From IMG/VR virus record IMGVR_UViG_3300025577_000002: a stretch of 60,938 nt of DNA. The stretch is one strand, 5' to 3'. This document shows positions 7,778-16,255 of the stretch, piece after piece. The DNA comes from a virus. Under the pieces are notes generated by a model. The model made no database searches and was not told the origin of the DNA. It saw nothing but the letters and a program-made list of their open reading frames with translations. Position 1 is the stretch's first letter, and each line of letters opens with the position of its first letter. A program made the position numbers and the translations under genes.

Positions 7778-8250
7778 ACCTCGTAGATAGTGCTGAAAAG
7801 CTACTAAAAGGCCCTGAAATTATTACTGGTGCTGTACACAATATGCCCGATATGGGGATACCCTTGCAAAGTGTATTAGCAGTTATAGCTGGAGAAACAA
7901 CACTCCCAAATACAGACATAGTTCAGGTAGGAAATACAGTATTCTTAGCACAAGTGGGTAAGGGGGAGAACCAACACAAGGCGGTGGGTAGAGCGTTCAA
8001 TATGGACACGGGACGAAACTTTGTCAAGAACGGGTTCAAGTACTTTAACTACCTACAGCAAAAAGGGTATACGCATTATTCGACTACCTTTGATAGCCTT
8101 GTGTTCTTAAACGCGTTTAAGATTTTCCAGCGCCGTGCAAAACAACAGGACACTGAGATTTATATAGGCGTAGTCGCTAAAGGCGCTGCGATGGACAAAT
8201 ACGTGGTCTATATGCGCTTAGGCACAGAACCGTTAACCCGAGGATTATAA
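7774..8250 (+). CDS. hypothetical protein (158 aa), third gene of ACP-KS cassette
   Basis: It has an ATGA overlap with the KS gene and stops 1 nt before the ATG of the 2143-aa gene. No recognisable motif. Confidence 0.55.
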   Translation: MNLVDSAEKLLKGPEIITGAVHNMPDMGIPLQSVLAVIAGETTLPNTDIVQVGNTVFLAQVGKGENQHKAVGRAFNMDTGRNFVKNGFKYFNYLQQKGYTHYSTTFDSLVFLNAFKIFQRRAKQQDTEIYIGVVAKGAAMDKYVVYMRLGTEPLTRGL

Positions 8251-11200
8251 ATGGCCGCCGTAGTAGAAGCCGCAGTCGATGTACTAGAATTCGCAATTGA
8301 AGAAGTCATTGTTCCCGTGGCCGAAGTCGCGGTTGACGCAGCAGTTACCGCAGTAGAAGCTGCTGCTGACGTAGTAGAATTCGTAGCTGAAGAAGTCCTT
8401 GTTCCCGTTGTCGAAACGATAGGTAACGTTGTGAAGCCTGTTGTAGAGGCCGTTGCGTGGGTAGGCGACACGCTTATCGGCAAACCGGTAGAGTGGGTAG
8501 TTGACGAGATCATCGAACCGGTCGCGGATTTTACGGTAGCAACAATCCAAGCAGCCCTAGACGATCCACTAGTTACGATTGCCAAAATAGCAGCTATGAC
8601 TACGGGCAACGCTTGGGCAATACCCCTAATCGACGGTGCAAAAGCTGCTGCTGACGGGGAAGAGTTTAGTGAAGTACTGAAGACTGTAGCTATATCATAC
8701 GCAGTCGGTAAGGTTGGCGCGACTGCGGCTAAAGTTGGCAGTAACGTTGCGGGTGCGGTTGGCGGTGACTATGTTGGTAAAGAACTAGTTACTAGTATCG
8801 TTTCAAAGGGCACCAGTAACGCCGCAGTGGCGGTTCTCTACGGTGAAGATCCGATGGAAGCCTTCGTAAAGGGCGGCCTAGATGTGGCAGTGTCCGCAAC
8901 TATGGGTTACATCGGGGAGAAGAACGGGTCTAGTGAATTTTTTGAGGATAATCCGGGACTAAAAGCGGTTCCGAACATCACCAGTAAAATTGTGCATGCT
9001 GGTATAGTAGCCGAGCTTACGGGGCAAGAAATAACTGGTGAGATGCTAGCGAATGCGGCGGCGAAAGGTCTCGTCACTACTAATCTAGTGACCGGCCTGA
9101 TGGCTGAAGATAGTACGCTTACTGACCGGGATATTGGGTACATCACCACTGCACTTCAGCGCACTGTAACGATGGCCTTCGATGGCACCAGCGGTGAGGA
9201 AGGGCTTGCAGCGTTTAACGGTATGATGAGCGCGTATGGTACCGAGGCTATGCACGAGGCTATTGACAACTCTAGCTTCGGTGATGCAGTCAACACCTCG
9301 ATGGACAAGCTGACGGGCGACTATGAGAAGGTAGAAAAAGCCGCTGACAACCTCGACGATGCAGTTTTAGCCCGTGATAACGCCGTTAAATCATACGAAT
9401 GGTTAGTTGATGACCTTAATGGGGATATGGACGACCTGAAAATTAAGCGTGCAGAATATGAAACTGCTTTCGCTGCGTATCAAGCGGCAGAGGGCGGCGG
9501 GAACACTACGGCAGAGTTTGAAGCTGCGGAGAAAGAGTACTTAAAAGCGGAAGCAGCGGTTGAGAAGAAGCATACCGATTACGCGCCACAGCTCGAAAGC
9601 TATAAGAAAAAAATAACTACTGCGCAAGATGACTTTGTAGGTTATGAGAAAGACTACGCCGACGCAGTGGCAAACTTGTCAGTTAGTTCTGAGCGGCTTA
9701 ACGAAGATCTATCGTCTGCGTACGCTGAGGCAGACCGTGCAGTTGTAGAAGTAATGGCTCCCGATTTCAACGAAGCCGAATATCGCAAAATCAATAACAT
9801 TCCTACGGACCAGAGCGCCACTGCGCACTACTTAACGACCGGGCAGCACGAATCCGCGTATGTTAGCGATGCACAGTACGATCAGGCAATGACAGAAAAA
9901 CGTCAGGTAGCGCTAACAAACGTTTTTGCAGCCGCAGGGGTGGATCCTAGCCTTCTAACTAAGGCGCAGCTAAAAGCTGTTTCAGACAATCTCGCTAGTA
10001 CTTATGACACCCCAGAAAAGCTTGATGCCTTTATAGCTAACCCACCCCCGGTGGCAGTGCCAACACCCTCGGCAGATGCTGTTGTTAACGAAGCTACACT
10101 TTCAGAAGGCACGACTTGGAAAGACGTATCCGATGGTAAGGCTGCCGTCGTAATTGATGAAGACGGTAACCGCGTGTGGAAAGATCTTTCTGCAACTACC
10201 ACTTCTTGGGATCCCACGAAGGGAAATGTTATAACCACGCGGTATTACGATAGCGAAGCTAACATATACAAAGAGTTTGTTAGCACTTCCGTATACTCTA
10301 CAGTAGATCAACTTAAGACAGGTCTCCCGACAGGTTCAACAGGTAAATATGATCCCGAAACAGGTAAAACGGTCTTTACCGGCCCCGACGGTAGTTGGGA
10401 AGGTGAGGCCAGTGCGTATAACTACACGGGGATAAACCAGTTAAACGCCGTAGAGACGTTAGAGATTGTTAAAGACCATGGTGCCGACATGGACAAAACT
10501 GGTTTTGTGATCGACTTTGTAACCAAGGCGCTGAACTTCTATAAAGAGACGGGTAGCGAAACCTCGATCAACACTGCGGCTAACATAGCTAAAGCGACGG
10601 GTGGGGCGCTTACTACATTTAACGGTGTCGTAGCACTTTTGGGTATCGCCCCACCGGATACCGCACTCGGTAAATTTGCAGAGACGTTGACTGGTCTTGG
10701 AGAGGACGCCAATACCCCTGCATATAAAGAAGCTCTAGCCGAAATGCAGACTATGATGGCGGTAGAGACAGATCCTGACGCCCCTTGGCAAGACCGCGCA
10801 TTCGCGAAAATGAAGGCTATTGGGGGCGCGATCGCGGAACATCCAGCGACGTTCTTCTCGGAATACATTCTGGTAGAGGCGGCGCAAGAACTCTTACCAC
10901 TAGCAGTAGGTGGCTTCGCTTCCCTTGGTGCTAAAGGCGTGGCACGTTTCGCAGGTTCGAGTGCTGCGGTCGCTAAGAAAATGGGTGCAAACGCCGGTTT
11001 GTCAGCGTCCCTTGTTACAGACATAACTGAGAGTTTTGGTGGTGCTGCCAGTGGTGCTTACGATACAGCCTTAGAAGTCGCCCTCGAAACCGGTATGTCT
11101 GACGTAGAGGCTAAAGCATATGCACTAGATCTAGCGGTTAAGGCGGGAACGGTACAGGCAGTTATAACATTGGGACTATCCGGTGTTGGTGGTCAGTCAC

Positions 11201-14200
11201 TTGAGAAAGCTGTACTTGGCGACCGCGCACCTAAAGTAGTGGGTGATAGCGTCCTATCCGATGTGATTGGCGCGATCGCTGATGGTGGTGAGATCTTCAT
11301 AAAAGAAGGTGTTTCAGAAGGTATTGAAGAGGGTCTTGCCACTACATATGTCGAATCCCAACTATATAAAATTGACCCGACACGTGACGTAGTTGGGGAG
11401 ATAGTCGCTTCATCTATGATGGGTACACTTATTGGTGGTCCCGTATCAGGGGGTGCCTATGGAGTAAGTAAGGCCGGAGACGTTGTATCCGTTACAAAGA
11501 ACGCGGCTGGAAAGTACGTATCGAGTACCGGCGAGGTGATAACTAAGCAAATCGTAAAAGTCGGCAACGCGGCGGCTCAAGGTGCAGGATATGTAAAGAA
11601 CTCAGCGGGGGAAATTGTAGCTGCAACGGGCGACATGCTATCTAACGCGCTCGTAACCCTTAACCCAAAAGTAAATGCGCTTGTAAAAGCTACCTTAGAC
11701 GCTGGTTCGACAGCGGCCTCTAAAGCAGCAGCTAAAACAAAACTGGCTGCGCTTGGTGTTAGTGACTACGTATTCAATAACATAATGAACATCGTTGACA
11801 ACAGCCAGTACACAAGCACTGCTGAGTCGTACGACGCGTTCACAACCGCAAATCCAGAATTTTCCCCCTCACAAACAGACATTGATGCCCTTGTAGGGTC
11901 CGTTAGTGATAGTGATCTTGCAACTCGTGCAGATGCATACATAGACCCGCTGTATACCGATTCGGCAGAAGCAGCTAGTTTGTTCATGGATACCTTCGGG
12001 TATAGTGCAACAGAAGCCGAAATCGAACAGTTCGTAGGTCAGACCCCTGAGACCGAGGTTGAAACGGCTATAGAAGCCTATGTTGACCCAATACAGACGA
12101 CTGAAGCAGAAGCTCGTGCGTTCTTTGCCGCGCTAGGATTCGAGCCTACCGACGCTGATGTCGCTAAGTTTGTAGGGCAGACCAGCGAAGCCGAATCGAA
12201 GGCTGCTATCGGTGTCTTTGTTGACCCTCGCCAGACGACTGAAGCTGAAGCACAAGCGCACTTTGACGCCCTAGGATATGATCCTACGGCTGACGAACTT
12301 GCTAAGTTTGTAGGTCAGGGAGATGCGGATTTTGCAACGTTACAAGAATCTGGGGTTGCTGCGTACGTTGACCCTCGCCAGACGACTACTGAAGAAGCGC
12401 AAGCGTTCTACGATGCCTTGGGGTACGAAGCAACAGAGACTGAGCTTGCTAATTTTGTAGGTCAGAAAGACGAAAAGGATCAGGAAGCGGCGATCGCTGA
12501 GTACGTTGACCCTCGCCAGATAACAGAAGCGGAAGCTACGCAGGCTCTGAAGGATCAGGGTCTAACCGACCCAACAGCCGAACAAATTGCGGAATTCATA
12601 GGGCAAGGAGAGGCAGACTTTGAAGCCTCCCAACGAGCTGACATGATCACGTTCGCTGATCCGCTGGTCACTGACTACGATGAAGCGAAAAAATACTTCA
12701 ACGACCTAGGCTTTACACCTACCAAGGCGCAGATTGACCAGTTCGTCGGGGCTACCTCAGAAGCTGAGCAGCAAAAAGCAATTGCAGCCTTCGCTGACCC
12801 ACTCTACACCGATGCAGGTGAGGCGAGAGAGTTCCTAGAAGCTCTGGGATACGATCCGACTGATGCTGAGGTTGCTCGTTTTGTAGGACAGGTTAAGGAG
12901 ACACAGCAACAAGAAGCCGTAGATACGTACGTCGATCCCCGCATGGTCACTGACGATGAAGTTACGGCGGCATATGCTGCGCTTGGCCTACCTCGACCCG
13001 CAGCTGAAGATATAGAAGCGCTTATCGGGCAGTATATGGAGACCGATCTGGCGGGACGGGCTGAAGGTAACCTACCCACTGCACGATATAACTCTATCAT
13101 TGCCATTATTGACGAGATGGGTGTGAGTATGGCAGGGGAAGATGGACTTTCTCCAGAAATGCAAGAATCGCTAGCTATTATCAAACAGACCATGATCGAT
13201 TCTCTCGGTGATTCTGGGCTTGCGGTTGCTGCGATTGACCAGTCTGTTGGAAGGCTCAATACCGCTATTGGTGCGGCGGCTACTGGGGGTACTGATACGG
13301 ATGCTCTGTACGAGTCTATCGATAGTGCAGTTCAGACTTTGCGTGACGCTGGTCTTACCGACGCACAGGTTGCAGAAACTATCAGTGAGACCTTTACAGA
13401 CTTTAGGGACTCTGGTAACGATGTATCTGGCTTAGCGGACATTTATGGTGACCCGGCAGATGGTGAAACCGCGTCTACGGGGCTGTATAACTTCCTCGAC
13501 GATACTATCGCTAAAGATCCAAACGAAGCTCCTGATGCCGATCTTGATGCCGATCCTGACGGTGATCCTACTGGTGATCCTACTGGGGATCCTACTTTTG
13601 ATAATGCTCTCCTAGGGAATCCGGCTGTAGCCGATGATCCGTCAACTCCCGACGTAGATGAGTCCCGCGACGCGACTGGCCTCTATGGGGCTATTGCTCG
13701 AAATGAGACTGCGGGGCAAGAACGCGACGAGGCTATTCGAAATGCAATTGCAGAGGTTGCTACTGACCTTGGAGACACAGAACAAAACATACTCGACCAG
13801 CTTGGTCTGACGCAAATCCAACTAGAGAACTCTATCGGGGATGCTGAGACCGCATTTAACGAGCGTATTGACAAGCTTTCCTCGGACGTCGCAGATGTGG
13901 AGACAAACCTCCGCGATGCTATAGATGAGAACGAGGCAGCGGGACTTAGTAGGGATGAGGCGCTTGCCAAGGCGATAGCAGATGTATCGACAGATCTTGG
14001 GCTTACTGAACAAGCGTTACTAGATCAGATAGGTTCCACAGAACAAGACTTACTAGCTGCACTAGCAGAAAGCGAAGCGACCATATCTGATGAGATCGAC
14101 GCGGTATCCGATCTAATTGGTAAAGCCGCTACCGAAGTGACGCAGGTAGACATTGACTTTGTTGCCGACCTTATTGCACAGACGGAAGTTGTAAATGAGC

Positions 14201-14682
14201 TGGACGAAGCTACGCGGGTTAAGTACGACGTAAATAACGACGGTCTTGTTGACGCCTTAGATCAAACCATGCTAGAGGCTCTTTTAATAGGTGAAGATGT
14301 TACGATTGCGGACACAAGCCCATTCGCGAACACCGATCCTACTGGTATATATGAGACTATTTCAGATACAGAGACCGCGTTACAAGAGCAGATAGACCAG
14401 ACACAAGAGCAGGTAATCGAATCTGAACAAAATATTCGGACTAACATCGAGAACGAGGCTGATAAAAACAAGTTTTTACAGTTGCTATTAGCGGCAGAAG
14501 ATGCCGGAGGACAACAAGTTTCCGTAAAGGGCGCTGATCCGTTACAATTAGGGTACTTATATGACTTTAACAGTATATTCGCTACCCCTAATCAGGAAAA
14601 CATGTTTCTTAGCCCCTACGCTGAGGGCGGAAAAGTAGAGAGTACTACTGACAAATTATTAAAATTGATTGGAGGTCGCTAA
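8251..14682 (+). CDS. giant acidic virion/internal (ejection-type) protein, 2143 aa
   Basis: Single 6.4-kb ORF in the late arm. It has a duplicated V/E/A-rich N-terminus and eight tandem modules of about 46 aa. It also has coiled-coil duplications, a dockerin/EF-hand-like DVNNDGLVDALD (14227-14262) and a DPTGDPTGDPT low-complexity stretch. Confidence 0.7.
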   Translation: MAAVVEAAVDVLEFAIEEVIVPVAEVAVDAAVTAVEAAADVVEFVAEEVLVPVVETIGNVVKPVVEAVAWVGDTLIGKPVEWVVDEIIEPVADFTVATIQAALDDPLVTIAKIAAMTTGNAWAIPLIDGAKAAADGEEFSEVLKTVAISYAVGKVGATAAKVGSNVAGAVGGDYVGKELVTSIVSKGTSNAAVAVLYGEDPMEAFVKGGLDVAVSATMGYIGEKNGSSEFFEDNPGLKAVPNITSKIVHAGIVAELTGQEITGEMLANAAAKGLVTTNLVTGLMAEDSTLTDRDIGYITTALQRTVTMAFDGTSGEEGLAAFNGMMSAYGTEAMHEAIDNSSFGDAVNTSMDKLTGDYEKVEKAADNLDDAVLARDNAVKSYEWLVDDLNGDMDDLKIKRAEYETAFAAYQAAEGGGNTTAEFEAAEKEYLKAEAAVEKKHTDYAPQLESYKKKITTAQDDFVGYEKDYADAVANLSVSSERLNEDLSSAYAEADRAVVEVMAPDFNEAEYRKINNIPTDQSATAHYLTTGQHESAYVSDAQYDQAMTEKRQVALTNVFAAAGVDPSLLTKAQLKAVSDNLASTYDTPEKLDAFIANPPPVAVPTPSADAVVNEATLSEGTTWKDVSDGKAAVVIDEDGNRVWKDLSATTTSWDPTKGNVITTRYYDSEANIYKEFVSTSVYSTVDQLKTGLPTGSTGKYDPETGKTVFTGPDGSWEGEASAYNYTGINQLNAVETLEIVKDHGADMDKTGFVIDFVTKALNFYKETGSETSINTAANIAKATGGALTTFNGVVALLGIAPPDTALGKFAETLTGLGEDANTPAYKEALAEMQTMMAVETDPDAPWQDRAFAKMKAIGGAIAEHPATFFSEYILVEAAQELLPLAVGGFASLGAKGVARFAGSSAAVAKKMGANAGLSASLVTDITESFGGAASGAYDTALEVALETGMSDVEAKAYALDLAVKAGTVQAVITLGLSGVGGQSLEKAVLGDRAPKVVGDSVLSDVIGAIADGGEIFIKEGVSEGIEEGLATTYVESQLYKIDPTRDVVGEIVASSMMGTLIGGPVSGGAYGVSKAGDVVSVTKNAAGKYVSSTGEVITKQIVKVGNAAAQGAGYVKNSAGEIVAATGDMLSNALVTLNPKVNALVKATLDAGSTAASKAAAKTKLAALGVSDYVFNNIMNIVDNSQYTSTAESYDAFTTANPEFSPSQTDIDALVGSVSDSDLATRADAYIDPLYTDSAEAASLFMDTFGYSATEAEIEQFVGQTPETEVETAIEAYVDPIQTTEAEARAFFAALGFEPTDADVAKFVGQTSEAESKAAIGVFVDPRQTTEAEAQAHFDALGYDPTADELAKFVGQGDADFATLQESGVAAYVDPRQTTTEEAQAFYDALGYEATETELANFVGQKDEKDQEAAIAEYVDPRQITEAEATQALKDQGLTDPTAEQIAEFIGQGEADFEASQRADMITFADPLVTDYDEAKKYFNDLGFTPTKAQIDQFVGATSEAEQQKAIAAFADPLYTDAGEAREFLEALGYDPTDAEVARFVGQVKETQQQEAVDTYVDPRMVTDDEVTAAYAALGLPRPAAEDIEALIGQYMETDLAGRAEGNLPTARYNSIIAIIDEMGVSMAGEDGLSPEMQESLAIIKQTMIDSLGDSGLAVAAIDQSVGRLNTAIGAAATGGTDTDALYESIDSAVQTLRDAGLTDAQVAETISETFTDFRDSGNDVSGLADIYGDPADGETASTGLYNFLDDTIAKDPNEAPDADLDADPDGDPTGDPTGDPTFDNALLGNPAVADDPSTPDVDESRDATGLYGAIARNETAGQERDEAIRNAIAEVATDLGDTEQNILDQLGLTQIQLENSIGDAETAFNERIDKLSSDVADVETNLRDAIDENEAAGLSRDEALAKAIADVSTDLGLTEQALLDQIGSTEQDLLAALAESEATISDEIDAVSDLIGKAATEVTQVDIDFVADLIAQTEVVNELDEATRVKYDVNNDGLVDALDQTMLEALLIGEDVTIADTSPFANTDPTGIYETISDTETALQEQIDQTQEQVIESEQNIRTNIENEADKNKFLQLLLAAEDAGGQQVSVKGADPLQLGYLYDFNSIFATPNQENMFLSPYAEGGKVESTTDKLLKLIGGR
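11938..13032 (+). repeat. eight tandem coding modules (~46 aa each) inside 2143-aa protein
   Basis: The consensus [YF][VA]DP-x3-T-x2-EA-x3-F-x2-LG[YF]-x-PT-x2-E[LI]-x2-FVGQ recurs 8 times (YIDPLYTD.., YVDPIQTT.., FVDPRQTT.., YVDPRQTT.., YVDPRQIT.., FADPLVTD.., FADPLYTD.., YVDPRMVT..). Confidence 0.85.
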
Positions 14683-15416
14683 TGGCTGACGAAAGTAATG
14701 ACTGGTTCGGGGACGCATGGGGCAGTATAAAAGAGTTAGGTAGTGGCGGAATGGATTGGGCAACTAGTCCTGAGGGGGTAAAGGCCCTCGGTATAATGGG
14801 GCTTAGCTACCTAGGTAATAAGTCCGGCATAGGGGATGATGTGGTACCGCCGACAGGGTATCAAGGTGGTATCCCCGACCTTACCGCTGTGCGTCAACGA
14901 GTGCCTCAGCAAGATAGCGTCGCTGGAGAAGAGCGCCGACCCGGAAGTGGTGGACGTCGTTACTTTACAGATACGCAGTATGCTATCCCAACAGCGCAAA
15001 ACCGTCCAACTCAAGCCGCTGCACAGGCACAAGCCGCCGCACAGGCAGAGGTTCTAGCACGTAAAAACGCTGGTGAACCAGAGCCAGAAGGCGTGCAGCA
15101 ACGAGCTAGCGGCGGGGTTGTCCGTATGGCCCAAGGTGGTTTAGCGGGTATCGCTATGAAGGAAGGTAAGTATTTAAACGGCAGCAGTGATGGCATGGCC
15201 GACGAAGTGCCCGCGAACATAGACGGTACGCAGCCCGCTGCACTGAGCGATGGAGAGTTTGTTATCCCCGCAGATGTAGTTAGCCACCTAGGTAACGGTA
15301 ACTCCGATGCCGGCGCGAAAGTATTATCTGAAATGATGTCCCGTATACGCAAACAGCGCACGGGTAACGATAAACAGGGGAAAGAGATCGATCCCCGTAA
15401 AATTATACCGGCGTGA
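14682..15416 (+). CDS. internal virion protein candidate (244 aa)
   Basis: TAATG overlap with the giant gene. Contains ..ASGGVVRMAQGGLAG.. and ..LSDGEFVIPADVVSHLGNGNSDAGAKVL... It is in the ejection-protein block. Confidence 0.5.
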   Translation: MADESNDWFGDAWGSIKELGSGGMDWATSPEGVKALGIMGLSYLGNKSGIGDDVVPPTGYQGGIPDLTAVRQRVPQQDSVAGEERRPGSGGRRYFTDTQYAIPTAQNRPTQAAAQAQAAAQAEVLARKNAGEPEPEGVQQRASGGVVRMAQGGLAGIAMKEGKYLNGSSDGMADEVPANIDGTQPAALSDGEFVIPADVVSHLGNGNSDAGAKVLSEMMSRIRKQRTGNDKQGKEIDPRKIIPA

Positions 15417-15424
15417 GGTGATTT

Positions 15425-16255
15425 ATGACGACGCAATCTACAGGTCAAACAGGTACTGAGTCCTCCCTATCCAATTGGGCAGGTCCATACGTAACGAACA
15501 TGCTTGGGCAAGGTGCCGCGCTAGGTAACGCGCCATACCAAGCATATCAAGGGCCGTTAACAGCCGGTGCCTCTGCGGGACAGCAGTCGGCGTTCCAAGG
15601 TCTCGCTAATTTAACGGTACCCACACAGCAGATGGGTGCAGTTACCCCACAATCGTTTACAAGTCAGGGTACGGCACAGCAGTACATGAACCCCTATGTA
15701 CAAAATGCTCTCGAACCACAACTTGCGGAACAGCAACGCCAAGCACAGATTGCTCGTTTAGGGGACGCTGGTCGTCTTACCCAAGCTGGAGCGTATGGTG
15801 GGTCACGCCAAGGTATTATGGAGTCTGAGAACGTACGTAACATGTTGCAGAACATGGCGGGTATTACAGGCCAAGGATACAACGAAGCGTACAACCAAGC
15901 CCAACAGCAGTTTAACGTCGAGCAAGGTGCTCAACAGCAAGCGCAGAACCTAACAAATCAGTACGGGTTGCAAGCTCTAGCTCGACAAGCCGAACTTGGT
16001 GGGGTACAGCGAGGTATCGCGCAAGAGGGTATGTCCGCAGATCGTGCGCAGTTCGAAGAAGAGCGAGACTTCCCGTATAAGCAGGTGCAGTACATGCAGT
16101 CGCTATTACAAGGTCTACCTATCGCGGCGCAGTCGTATAACTACTCCAAACCTAGTGAATTGTCAAACTTTTTGAGTGGGGCCGGAGGTATCACTGACTT
16201 CCTCGGCAACCTTTTTACCGGTAACGCCTCGGGTACCGATGCAGGAGACGTCTAA
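15425..16255 (+). CDS. Gln-rich internal virion protein candidate (276 aa)
   Basis: GAGGTG RBS upstream. Q/G/A-rich sequence within the ejection-protein block. Confidence 0.5.
   Translation: MTTQSTGQTGTESSLSNWAGPYVTNMLGQGAALGNAPYQAYQGPLTAGASAGQQSAFQGLANLTVPTQQMGAVTPQSFTSQGTAQQYMNPYVQNALEPQLAEQQRQAQIARLGDAGRLTQAGAYGGSRQGIMESENVRNMLQNMAGITGQGYNEAYNQAQQQFNVEQGAQQQAQNLTNQYGLQALARQAELGGVQRGIAQEGMSADRAQFEEERDFPYKQVQYMQSLLQGLPIAAQSYNYSKPSELSNFLSGAGGITDFLGNLFTGNASGTDAGDV

Noticed and set aside
13530-13600. DPDGD within ..DADPDGDPTGDPTGDPT.. of the 2143-aa protein could be a DxDGD catalytic loop of a virion RNA polymerase (the giant proteins as N4/crAss-like vRNAPs).
   Set aside because: The motif sits in an obvious low-complexity D/P/T/G repeat. 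No T7-like (motif A/B/C) or double-psi beta-barrel context is recognisable in either giant protein by eye. Remote-homology searches would be needed to exclude it fully.
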